Shown one piece after another: positions 37,042 to 49,685 of a DNA stretch of 64,000 bases. This DNA is from Takakia lepidozioides (Eukaryota > Plantae > Bryophyta), in the NCBI GenBank assembly GCA_030704615.1, contig CM060732.1, positions 35,402,001 through 35,466,000 of the forward strand, in the 5' to 3' direction. Positions within the stretch are counted from its first letter, which is position 1. Every line of letters begins with the position of its first letter. The position numbers and the translations under genes were made by a program. The notes beneath the pieces are model-generated. The model made no database searches. It was not told where the DNA came from and saw nothing but the letters and a program-made list of their open reading frames with translations.

Positions 37042-38128
37042 GTGTTGGACTACCTCCGCACGGGAGACACGGCAGCCACTGTGACTGCCAGGGAGAGATA
37101 TCGGATCCTGCAACGAGCCAAGAGGTTCAAGTGGGAGGGGATACACCTACTTCGAGTGTGTGAGGATGGTCGGGTGAGGATTGTGCCTCACCCCACACAA
37201 CGTGCACGGTTAGTGCGGCATGCCCATGAGGAGTTGGGGCATTTTGGAGTGCGACGCACTCACAGTTTACTGCAAGGGCAATATTGGTGGCGTGGTATGC
37301 ATACAGAGGTGCAACAGTTCGTGGCTAGGTGCATGGTGTGTGACAAGGTGCGTGCTTCATTCAACACCCCTACACCACAGTTGCATCCTTTACCAATCAT
37401 GGGATTGGGCTACAGGTGGAGTCTTGACTTCGAAGGGCCGTTGCCACTGACTATGCGCCACCACAGATATGTGTGGTGATGGTGGAGCACTCTCCAACTG
37501 GATTGAGTTGGTTCCATTGCCTGACAAGGCTAGTGAAGGGGCTGCGTATGCATTCTTGGATCGTGTGCTTAGCCGATTTGGTGCTCCAGCTGAGGTACTC
37601 ACGGACCAAGGGAGAGATTTCTTGGGGGAGTTTCAGGCTTTGTGTGATAAAGCCTTGATAGACCACCGCACCACTTCTCGGATCATCCTAGGCCGATGGC
37701 TTAGCAGAGAGAGTTGTTCAGACGGTGAAGAGGGGTTTGCGCAAGTATGGCTTGCAGAAGGGACACCTAGGAGATTGGGATCTTCAGGTTCCTTGGTTAG
37801 CCATGGGCTACAGGTTCAGCAAACAAGCATCATTTGCCTCCTTCTCACCATATTTCCTTCTCTTTGGCCGAGAGTCGGATTTGCTTGCAGCCATTCGTAG
37901 GGACACTGCTCAAGTCCTTAACCTTGACGCTCCAGACGTGTGGGTACGTACATGTAATCAGCGTGCAGAGTTGTTCAAGAAAGTCATGCCCATGGCTTTT
38001 GAGAACCTTGTCATTGCACAACACCGTGATACGTTGAGGTATGCCACTATACGTGGTGGAGGATATCGTCATGGGGTTCGGAGGTTTAACCCTGGTGACT
38101 ATGTTTATTTGCAGCAGACTGCTCCTAC
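37042..38128 (+). pseudogene. DDE integrase, cut at the inversion breakpoint
   Basis: HAHEELGHFG...CMVC zinc-binding domain, WSLDF, VLTDQG, FSPYFLLFGR and FNPGDYVYL. Frameshifted. Confidence 0.92.
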
Positions 38129-39755
38129 ACAACAAAAAGAGAAAAGATCTAGCACACAAAGGCTATGAAGGCACATAAAGGCTCTTATATACCCTGATTA
38201 GATATACCCTTCATTTTAACATATACCCCTTTAGAAAAGTAGGGTATATTGAGCATCTTGATGCGGGCTAAATATTTCGATAAGGGTATATCATAAAAAT
38301 ATACCCTGATATAAGGGTATACATCCAGGTACCTAAACTTGCCACACCGGGGTATATATATAGCAATATACCCTGATACAGGTACCTGCGGGGTATATCA
38401 GAGTAATTTATACACCCGCCCAACACTGGTTCTTTCCCTTGCAATAGTTCTTTATTGTTCTTGTCATTGTTGGCCATGACTGGCTTTTCGATCGGGTGGT
38501 TGTCCCACTGCATGCTGCCATTTATGTCTCTGTCCCCTTTTCTAAGTCTTAAAAATATATATTTCAGTTTTTAGGGCAAGACGCCTTTTAAATTCCCAAC
38601 TTTGATGGGAATAAAAGTATCATTGAGACTCCACAGGATGAAGAGACATCATAATTTAATCTTAGTTTACGCTTCCTAAGAAAGTGTCATCATATATAAA
38701 CATACACATGTTTAGATTCATATATTCTTCCAGTGTGCCCGAGACGAAATTATATCATTCTAAAGGTAAAACTAAGCCTCCGAAAAGAAGTGCTACATAG
38801 AGGGCAGGGCAGGCTATAACGCACAACAGGGCTGTGGTGGGCCATCATGAGCCTGTGGGTCTGGGTTCAAACCCCCGTATGATGTCTCTCTCTGCCTTCG
38901 GACCCTAAAGGGAGTTTAGGGGCCAATCTCAAGGCCCAGTTGCAGGGGCTGGTGTCTCCTTGGGAAAAAAAAAAGAGAAAAAGTTTGCACGTTTGGACAT
39001 CATCACCGGGAGTGTGTCAAGTGTTATAAAAAAAGGTGCCCAAATACACTGAACCACCGAAGGAAGAGCCGGACCAACAGGGACAGAGGGCCATGAAGCA
39101 AGTCAGGAACCAAGCAGTCAACACAAAACCTGGAGACCAACAGAGCCGGGACTCGGCCCCCACGAGTCACACATATAACCTGGAAAGGTAGAGCCGGCAG
39201 GGATGAGACATGAGACCCCTTAAGTAGTAAGACAGCGGCCAGCCAGCAGTCAAGGTACCAGCAGGGTACGAGATCATTGTTATCCTGCCAAGCATTGCCT
39301 AAGAAAAGGGGAATCACCGCTCACTGAAACGAAGGAGAAAATCAGAGAGGCAATGAACATCAGGAGATCAGCCAGACCGTCCCCCGCTGATGAGAGGTCA
39401 CTAACAGCAAAGTTCCAAAGAAATTATCCAGCCAAGAGGAGGCCAAGAGGGCCGTCCAAAGCGCCATTAATCAGCGTGATGAAAGGGAGCTCGAGTCAAA
39501 AATCTCGAGGCTTGATAGCAGTCAACGACACTTGACAGCTGAACGACCCCAGATCCCGTGTCTGCAAAGGATACCAAGCAACCCCTGAGACAGCCCCTGG
39601 ACAGCCGTGGAGGCGAGAACAATGAGGACCCAAGTCCGGACACGGAAAACAGATGACAATCTAAGTGTAGTTCACCTCTCTCTCTCTCCCCCGGAAAACA
39701 GAGGTTTTCAGGAAATCTAAGTGTAGTTCCGTCTGAGTTGAGGCCAGTAGGTCAC

Positions 39756-39786
<31 letters not shown>

Positions 39787-42700
39787 CCTCTCTCTCTCTC
39801 CAGCTACTTTTCTTCAACCAGCTTTTTTGGAAGATAAAAACCAAGCACAGTAGCCACCTTATTACTCGACCATTCATTATGAGGAACTGTTGTGGGTGAA
39901 GCATGGAATGTATTCTGTTTTTGCTATAATGGTTTTATGAGGGGGAAGGATTTTGTTGCATCTGCTGTCAGATGTTTCCGAGCACGTCCCTCTGCAGACC
40001 ATGTGCGTCTTGCCCATTTCCAGGCCGCTTCCACGCGCAAATTGGGCCTGCCTTAAGTGGGGCTCACCTGTTCCGCCATAACATGCCTACCCCCCTATGG
40101 ATCGGAGGCTGACGTGCGCTACCCCGCCTGGCGGGTCGCATGTCCGACACATGCACCCACTGCGGCGCTGCCACGCAGCGCTGGGCCCTGAATTGCAGAA
40201 GCGGCTTCCTAAAGCAGTCCGGTGCCACGTATGGAGAGTTGGGCAGCCAGATTCCGCAGCAAAACTTCGCTTGCTACTAAAATTCACCCTTGGATCGGCC
40301 GGCAGCCTGCTTCGGCTCGTCGGAAAGCTGGCATTCTGGCCTCCAGTTTCTTTCTCAACGTTCCCTTGCGTCGGAGCAAATACCCGAAAGTTACAGCCAG
40401 TAAGAACTTAAAAAAGAGTACTACTGTTGAACAATACAGATATAAGTGAACAATACAGATATAAGTTAAGTAAATATCTGTGTGTTGAATTACCTGCAAG
40501 CGTCGTGAGTAATGTGCATGCCCCGGGGCAGTCACGCAGTGTGAGTGAGGCTGTACAGTAAACTCCAGTTAAATGCCTGACCGGCAACCCCGGTTAACTG
40601 TCTGACCTCGGGAGTTGTATACAAGTAGTACATATGTACGTTGGTGGGATTGTCACTTCTGGCACGTGCGAAGGGACTAAACTGACATTTATGTGTCGGT
40701 ACAAAATCAAGTCGGTGTAATGTTGGGGTAAGTACATTAGTGTGCTCGGATTGGTGCAGTGGAGGCGCCCATACAAGTTTACAACCCTAGCTTTTTGAGA
40801 AGAAGGTGAGTAGGCAACTTAGTGTCCACACAAAACTGAAAGGCCTGACAGCCCAAGACCAGTTGGTGGTCTTTAATAGGGCTCTTAACTATCACCCAAG
40901 TTGACAAGCTTTGGTTGACCCCTTGGTGCTCTTTCAACTCTTTGGCCCTTCCAATTTAGTGAAATCTGTTGTGGAAAAACACTTGTTGAGTTTGAACAAG
41001 TTTGACTGTTTGAGTCTTTACAAGTCTGTCCCCTCTTTCTAAATTTAAAAACATAAAATATAAAATAAAATAAATAGTAAGTTTGAAGCTATTCATTGAA
41101 CTGTTGCCAAAGAAAGAAAGAAAAAAAATAAAAATAAATCTGTTGCCAAGAACAAGAAAAGAAAAGACAAAAAGAACAATTGTCAACCCCCTCATTTAAT
41201 GGGCACATGCTGTCCAATCCCAAGGGCGCTCATCCATTTGAAATGCTGAGTGGTCATCTGCAATGACTCTGGAAGCGTGCACTTGTTCATCCATCACCAC
41301 TCAACCTTTCATCCATAGTTATTGGCTTCGTCGCAGTTGGTATTTGAAGTGTGCGCAGTCAGACCTAATCAACACTAATGATCGCATTTTATCCTATCCG
41401 TTCTTTTTCTTTCTTTTATTCCAAATAAAGATTTTGATGCTGTATTATTTGGGCCGTTCTTGGGTTGGGTCTCATTTCTTTTTCGATACCATGTAATGGC
41501 AAAGTCTTATATTTAAATAAATGTGGACTCACGTGGACTTTTTTCTTTTCTTTAAAGGAAAGGGGATGAAGGCCCTTTTAATCAAATTAATAATAATAAA
41601 ATAATAGATACCTAGTCACATGAGTGGGAAAACTAACCATTGCCGGGCGTGAAGGCTAACTGCGGGGAAACTTCCCGGTGGCCGGACTCTTTAATCAAGC
41701 AAGGGTAAGTTATGGTGTCAGTTCATTTAGGCAAGAGGTTAGTTCTTCCTATCTATTATAAAAAAATTAAAGAAAATAAAGGGAACACCTAGAAGGGACA
41801 GCTCACAAATCAGGCCCCTTAATTATAGTGAGAGGAGAAAATAACCTCTTTCGCAGTATCCGTGCCCTGAAGGATTGCTGATGGGACACCGCCCAAGGGA
41901 AGGGGGAGAAGAACATACCACACCCAACAATGTAGCAGGATTTGACCCAGAATCATTTGGATGGCACTCAGTGCACTATCCAACTGAGCTAGTGGTGTGC
42001 ACTATGAGCGCTATTTTCTTTTTTCTTTTTTTTTCTTTTTTTGACGAATAGGGACTGGCCAGATAGATTAGAAGGTGGAAAAAATAGCCATTGTGAGGGC
42101 GTGGAGGCTTTACAGTGGGGAGACTTCCCCGTAACCAAGAGTCCAATGAAACGAAATGTCCAAAGGGGTCCAAGGAGTGGAGACCAGGGAAGGCCTAAAG
42201 AATGGAAATTGCTGAAGAGATAATTATAGAAGCACAACATAAAGATGTAGCAGATCTAAGATGAAGATGAGGGAGAAGAGTTTAAAATGAATTACTGTAA
42301 GATGCAACTTAGGAGAACTAAGATGCAGCAAAGATAAAAAAGAAAAGGAGCTCAAAGAGCTGAGAGCTTGAAAGTGGGGCCTACAAGTAGCAGAGGATGT
42401 GTATTCTAAAAGGCCCAGGAGTATATTAATCTAAGATGAGTCTTCAGCTTCGAGTCCTTGGATCGGCATTGCCTCCAGTTGCAATTGCAATCCCCTCTTG
42501 AGCCTCATGGAGGGGACCTGCCATTCTGAGGGGAGAGTGTCCTTCCAATTAAATTGTGTGTCGAAAGAGCGGGTTCCGAGAATGCCGCCTTTACCCCAGG
42601 GAATGTAGAGAAGTTGTCTTCTCCTCCGTTGAGAAGCCTTGGGAAGAGCTGCACACAATCATCATATCAAAGTATATGTTAAAAAGGATCGATCTGATGC

Positions 42701-43099
42701 TGAGGGGAACCCCCTCATAATTCCAAGCACATCTCTATTTCCATATCCTGCCACAGGGTATGAGCCCTTAATGCAGCCCAAACAGGACAAAGCCACAAAT
42801 TACTACTATCTTGAACATTGAGCAGGACCAAAGAGGTAGCAGTGGGAGTGGGAAGACATGCCATTTAGCATAAAATTTGAAGATTGTATCCCAAATCCTT
42901 CTAGCTCTTGGGCAGAGAACAAAGCAATGCTCTATAGTTCTAGGAAAGCCCTCATTACAGGATGTGCAGGCAGGGTCTCATGTGTCAATGAAGCAATTGA
43001 CAGGCAAAATCTTGTGAGCAATTTTCCACAGAAAAACAACAACTTTGTAGCCCATTCATTCCTCCAGAATCAAAGCAAACATTTTTTTAGTTGACAGGG

Positions 43100-44450
43100 C
43101 AATACAAGTGGGCGCCCCACTTCTTCAGCCATTTTTGGAAGAAAGAGGTTTGAGACAGCAGGAGGGAGTAGCCCAATTTGACAGAATTGGCAAAGAATGG
43201 GGAGTGGGCACGATCCATCCAGGACCATTCACCTGGGTCGAACTGTAGGCTTGCAAGTGGAAGCCTAAAAAACCAGATGGAATTTGATATATGAGCCCAG
43301 TTAGTGGCCTGCCCCGGAGGCGGGAGCAGATTGGGAATCTCAGCCGCGGCGGATAGGGAAGTCCCAAGAATTCCATATTCCCAGAGCCGTAAACCCTAAA
43401 TAGATAGCGGCCATGAGTAGTAAGGTTATTGGTGTTCAGAACAAGAATAGCTTTCAAATTACCATGAGTGCTAATATTCATCCTTGAAGCAGGCAGCCTA
43501 AGAGCACATTGACTGTTTTGCAGCAAGGGGAGAATATAGGGAGGGATTTGAGCAGTAATGATAGGCCAAGAAGAACATAAGCAACAACCTCTGTGGCAAG
43601 CAGAACAGCGTCTTGTTCCCAGATATTTGCAAGATGAGTGAGCCTGACCTTCTCCCAATGAGCCCATTTAGCCTTTAAGTCTAGCAAGATACCTGCTCTT
43701 CTCTTATAGCAACAACTACGTAGGAGTTGTCCAAGGTGGCATCTTAATGGAAGGGCCAATAGAGGCGGTCTCGGGCATAAGAACCACAATCTTTGGAACC
43801 CCATTGTCTTTGTTATAATCTAGATGAATTTCGGCATTGTCCACATTTAGGACGTAGTCCTCTATAGGATCGTAAACATTTACAATGACGTTGGGCTTCC
43901 ACGTGACCCCTTCTTTGTGCCCCAATCTTGAGCCCAACGGAAGATGTGCACTTTGCACTGAGAGTTACTGGTATTGAATTTTAGAGCTCTTTCCAGTTCC
44001 TTCTGGGAGCAGAACATTGTTGCATAGAATCCCCTGCCCGTAGTCAAACATAAATGTTGCTCGAGGCCCCTTCCAAACCTAGGTGCTCCACAACCTATCT
44101 TCGAACCCACCCAGGGAAGTAAAAAAGCACACATCGTTGGGAAAATTTATGACATTGAGAGACCTGCATCGTGTCTATGTTCAGTGCGAGGATGGGCTGT
44201 ACTGAGCCTGAGATCTCCACTACGATATCCTCCAATGGGACCAAATTGGAGGCAATCGGGGATGGTGGAGCTAAGGTTTTCTCATGGCCTTTGCCTAGAA
44301 TGGAGCCGCCAGACAGATTGGTGAAAATCGATTTCTGGGTCCATCCTCTACCGCGGCATTTGGTATCTATGGAGGATTCCCCCCTTTTCCCTTTCTTTGA
44401 CGACTCTCTCTCTAGAGGCCATGGATGACATGTTAGACGTGTTAGTGAGT
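43100..44450 (-). mobile_element. Degenerate L1-type LINE ORF1 (DUF4283-like) remnant
   Basis: GRGFYATMFCSQKELERAL...VHIFRW pattern. Heavily disrupted, boundaries approximate. Confidence 0.45.
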
Positions 44451-45674
44451 AGATAGCAAATAGTAGGAGCAGGGAGAGAGCAAGAATAGAGAGTGGGGTA
44501 AGAGGGAGGCTAAGAGAGGAAGCCCAACAAGCCAGATAAGATACATGAGAGGATGACTCAAGAGGAAACCGTATCACTATACCAGAAATAAACAAGTGAA
44601 AATTTGAAAGAATCATACAAGGCCAATAGTCACTGAAGCCAAGGGGCTAAGCTGGGGAGCCTACTAATTGCTTAGTTGAATCGGAAATGGAAGCAATGCC
44701 AATCCAGCGCGGGAAGATGAAGCACGCGCAAGAGGAGGAAGCAGCCATTGGAGAAGTTAAGCCTAGTTCGGCTGCGCCATATCTTCCATAGACGATGGAT
44801 TGTCGGGGCTCATATATAGAAGATACTGCACATGAAACTTGAATGTGGTGTGCTCATATGCCTTCAATAAAATAAATATTCGCAACGCCGCAATTTTGAA
44901 GAGAGGGAGAGAATGAAAGAACCCACCGTGGGCAAGCAGAAAGACGACACTAAAGTCCTTCTCAGGAACTATAGTCGCGACCTTACAGAGCTCTTCATTA
45001 GTCGTGCATGCCCAGAATTCATTTGTATAAGGGGGTTTTGGGGTGATGAAGGTTAAGATTATGTAGGCCATCGATACCTCCCAAATGCACCAAAGGCAAT
45101 TCGTCTGTTGACAGACTCCAATTGCAAGACGACGAGAACTTATTGCACTTAACAGAGCATAACCATGCTCTATCGCAGCAGCGACAATCAAGATACAGAA
45201 AGATGGAGAACGAGAGGGACGTGGGGGAAAGACAATTGCACACCCTGTACTGAGGGGTTAAGCTTCCAGCTTCAGAAGAGGTTGGGGCGAGATGGTAGGT
45301 GGGGGAGCCATGAGGAGCCAGAGCGTGGGAAAGTTTCTAAGTCCACAACACTCTCTCACCGCAAACTGCGGAGCCTGGCCTCTCTTCCCCGACAGCTTGC
45401 CATCCGTTCCTCTTCGTGCATTATCCAACTGAGCTACTCAACTGTTTTTTTCTCACTTTAATTAATAGCTTGATTTTTTAGCATGTTTCCTTTGAAATAA
45501 ATAAATTTGTCACTTGCTACGTTGCGATGGGGAAAAGACATCTTGAAGACATCCAACACACGTATAAGATGACTTGGATCTTATGTATGTGCCAAAGCAG
45601 CACCAATCTCTGGTAGCGAGGAGAGGTAGATACAAGGACAAAAAGGTACATGGACTATAAGATGACGATAACAC

Positions 45675-45861
45675 AACCAAATTGTAGCCTAGTGCTAATG
45701 GGCACATACCACCTTGGAAGTGGTTGTGGGTTCAAACCATCGTTTGGTGTCACAAAGGTATCCATCTTCTTGCTGAAAGGCAGTAGCCCTTGGGGATCAA
45801 GAAACACCATAATTTACGCTTCCTTGGGGGAGGTGTCATCTATTACTATTATTATTATTAT
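45675..45861 (+). mobile_element. tRNA-derived SINE, copy 2
   Basis: tgtagcctagtg A box, gggttcaaacc B box, body colinear with 8093-8273, (tta)n tail. Confidence 0.75.
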
Positions 45862-48800
45862 ATGTTGTTTGGTCCCACAAAATGGTGTTAGAGCATCCCC
45901 ACCCTACACTGAACCCAACACGCCAACAAAATACAGCGATGTACAGTTTCGAGATGGGCTTGAACACGTCCACACCCTTGCCGCGCAGTACACTATAGGG
46001 CTTTGAACCTGCCCCTGAAAACAAGTCAATGTGACCACGAGAGGGTGAGCGCGTGTCAGCAGCTTGGCAGCGACCACTGTGCTCCTACCAATGGGAATGC
46101 AAGAGGGGAATGGGGGAGTGGCCAAGGTGTGCGCGAGTTGGGGCTGCCCCGCCAGAGAACCCAACAGGGCCTGAATGATCACGGTATTTTGGCGTTACAA
46201 GAGTCTTTGGGGCTCAAGGGTGGGGATGCTCTTATCATAACCACCTCATAAGACATTTTTATGAGGCCATTTTTATTGGCTCCTCTTTATCCCAAAGAGG
46301 AGACTAGGCATGAGTGTCAAAAATGGCTAAGCCCCTCTTGTGCCTTCCGCAGGTGTCACCTCCTCTCCTTTGTTGAGAAAACTACTCACAAGGTGTCACC
46401 TCCCTCAGGTAACATCTCTCTTATTGAACAATTTATGAAGAATAAATGGATTGATTTTTAAATTTATTATGGATCAAAGTGGATTTTGCAATTCATAAAG
46501 AGGAGCCATACGCGACTAGCTGCTTGTTTCTATTTATTTTCAAGAGGATCCAGTGACTGGAAAAATATAAATCCAAAGGGGTACAAGGGTGAGAGCGTAG
46601 CCAGGAACACAAGCGAGAGGACCATAGTGCGCCCACAACTTGCCCCCTCGCTCCATTGTCCCCCTCAGGCCCCAGTGTGAACATTTTAAATTCATAACTG
46701 GATTCAATACCTGTTTTTCTGAAACGGGCACCCTCAACTCTTACAACCCTAGGCTATTTCCGGGAGGCTATTTCCGGTAGCCGAGTTGATGGACTTTGAA
46801 GACGAGACTCCGGCCGATGTGGTCACAATATGTAGAGCAGTTTCATTCCGGCCCACATAATCCAAAGGTGGCGGAACTTATCCAAATTCACGTTTACCTC
46901 TCCAACATTTACTACCTCTGGAGAGAGAGAGTAAAAGTAAAGTAGCGGATACACGATGAACACCGGTAAAAAGATCAAAGACATCGCGGGGCCCACGGAA
47001 GGCAGCTGTCGACTACGAGCCCGCCGGATCGGCCCCACCTGTCAGGGCAGATCTTCTTCTTGTGGCTCTCATCTGCCTGCGCGCTCCGCCACCTATTTTG
47101 CCCTCGCAGATCTGCACCACCCATTTCTGTGGTTCGCAACGGCCCCATGTTTTGCGGTACCCGCATCGGATCGGCGCTGGATATTTTGGCGCTAGATCTG
47201 ACATCATCATTCCCGCGCTGCCTTCTCTTTACTCGCCCCCTGCCAGCCGTTCATTTCTAACGGTTCCTGCCCGCCTGCCGTTGGATGGTTGGCCCCCAAA
47301 CGGCCTCCCCTCATTGGCTGCCAGCCCTCCACCGAACCAAACATTTGCATATTGCCGGTGCGCGCGGCTGCGCACACCCCGATTCGATCCCGCGATTCAA
47401 TGCATCCGACATAGGCTGTCGTAACGGATGAGAAGCTAGTTTCTCATCCTACGACCGCTCACACGCCCTGGATGTCACCCGCTACTCGTCCCCGTTACTC
47501 ATCCGGAAGGGATGGATGCTGTCCAAGTGAGAAAAACAAGTTGAGTGGGTGCGCATGTTCCTGGCGGCCCATGTCCCCTGGTCAGACGGAGCATTATCCA
47601 AACCCAGACTGAGTGAAAAACTTTGCTACCTTGCCCGCCATCCCTGCCCGCCAAGTTATAGTTCCACGTCAACTCTGCCACCAATTAATCCGATCCGTTA
47701 CACTGTTCGATCGCTGTATTATACATTATTTATACATACTAAGATACGTACTACGGTTTATATACTCATATTCAATACGTACAGCTTAAATATCCTGCTA
47801 CAGTATAGAGTTTCAAATATTATATCTTATAAAAGGGACACCTCGGATTCCTAGATTCTCTGAAATACCCTTTTATACAAGTTTCAGTCCATACATATAT
47901 ATTACTCATCGACGTTAACTAGTTACCCGTGTCGGGCGGGTACTACTTTTTCTTTCTCTTTTTCTTTTTTTTTCTCTCAAAAAGAAAAAGAAAAAGAAAA
48001 AGACGCCCTTGTAAATCATACTTGTTTCAATACCATCGGAGTCAAGATATTGAAAAAACTTACGCTTTCGGTGCCATAGCACTCGAATATTCACGGAATA
48101 GCCATACTGGGCAACGAGGTATTTTTGTTGGCATTGATCACAGGGTATTCCAGGCTCGGTAGGCCAACGAGTGGAGGTGGTGGGTCCGGCGGTTCAGTTT
48201 GGGGCCCCACAGGCCTTGGGTTTGCCCTAACCTAGTAAGACGGGTTGGCATTGACTACTACAGTAAATAAGTAGGTAGCAATTTTCACATACGTATTCAG
48301 ATACATACCAATATATTACGGTTGTATTTGGAGTGGTAGTCGTATTGTCTACGATATATGGTAGGGATATAATACAGGATGGTATGGAGGGCGGGCCGTC
48401 GGATGGGCAGCATCTAGTCACGAGTGGGGAGGTGGGCGCATCGGGGCCGTCGAATTGTACGGAGGGGATCGGAAAATTTGGCGCAGGGAGGGGAAGGAGG
48501 AGAGAGAGACAAGGGGGGAGTGGGGAGTGAGCGACGGTGCGAGAAGAGGGAGAGTACAAGAGAGGGAGGGCATGCGGTTGGCAGGCCTAGTTTCCATTCT
48601 GGGTTGTGGAGACTGCGGAAGGAGGTTGAGGGAGATCGAGCAAAGAGGGGGGTGAAAAGATTCGGGAGAGATTTGGGGGATTTGGCGGTCTAAAGGGGGG
48701 TACGCGGGGGTAAGTATTGTTGAAGAATCGAATGTGGAAAGATTGAGAGTAGAAGGGGAGCATCCCGGTAGCTAGTGGTTGACAATGGTTAGGAAGGACG

Positions 48801-49685
48801 GGGAGGTGGAGGGCGGGTAGATAAGAGTGACCATGTGCTTGCAGCCCCTCCCAATTCCTTCCACGATTAGCACTCGCGTTCACAGTGATGGAGCGGATCA
48901 CCGGAGGCCGTTCTGCCCTGTCGCGAGCTTAAAGTCTATCGATCCGCATTATAGGCCATACCATTTCTTGGCGACTCCCTGCGCAGTTGACAGAATGAGA
49001 TTTTGCAGTTCTGGACCGGCGCTGCAGCCTGCTTCTGTCTCTGTCTCTTCCTTTGATACAGACGCGACCGACCCTGGCTGCTTCGTATGCAGTGGTGGGA
49101 AATCGGCAAGGTATGCTCGCAATTTCCTGTAACATTACCATTGTAATGGGTATGGTAGTGAGTTTCAGCAGGGTTTGGGCGATGCATCAACGATGCATTT
49201 GTTTGGGAACGATGTGTGAAGCTTCATTTGTCCTCAGCTTACGGCAGGAAGACCCGTCGTAGAGAACTTGCCGGGCCATTTGATTGATTTCCAGAGCTTG
49301 CGGCAGGGAAGTGCACATGACTGGAGTTTAACCAGTAGCAACTGCTAACCAAATGCCCAGACGCGTAGCCTAATTGCCGAACTGCTGCACACATGAGTGC
49401 CTGTGCGTTGCAAAGCTCAAGTTTTTGCCACCGGCCGTGTGGGCCTATCGTCACCCCATACACCAGCGGGTCTCTTCAAGCCTTTTTCGGAAGCCAGAAA
49501 GTGGTGGTGGTGGTGGTGGTGGTGGTGGACTTGGAAGACATGTGCATTTGTACAGATTGCATGTCTGAAAGCATGAATGTTGCGTGCATGAAAGCTTTGT
49601 GCATATGTCAGATGTATTAGCTATCTAAAATCGTAGTCGCGAAGGTCTAATAACTAACCTCGTTTCTGTGTACTGGAACAGACAG

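Larger units (their letters stand above)
28148..38128 (+). mobile_element. Ty3/Gypsy retrotransposon main body: gag-PR-DNMT-RT-RNase H-integrase
   Basis: Terminal repeat, ~3 kb leader, then the polyprotein domains listed separately. PR-RT-RH-IN order is Ty3/Gypsy. Confidence 0.93.

Noticed and set aside
26585-38128. DIRS/Ngaro tyrosine-recombinase element, suggested by the split repeats and methyltransferase
   Set aside because: It has a protease, an HHCC-DDE integrase, a PPT and a TSD. No YR motifs are visible, and the MTase is C5-type rather than the DIRS adenine-MTase type.
39020-39640. LINE ORF2 3' remnant on minus
   Set aside because: Only vague similarity, too degraded to call.
47915-48240. 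Helitron termini (CTAG motifs)
   Set aside because: No convincing hairpin and no second copy in the window.
49393-49620. Sucrose-control uORF of S1 bZIPs
   Set aside because: The peptide does not resemble the conserved uORF and is driven by a (GGT)n microsatellite.
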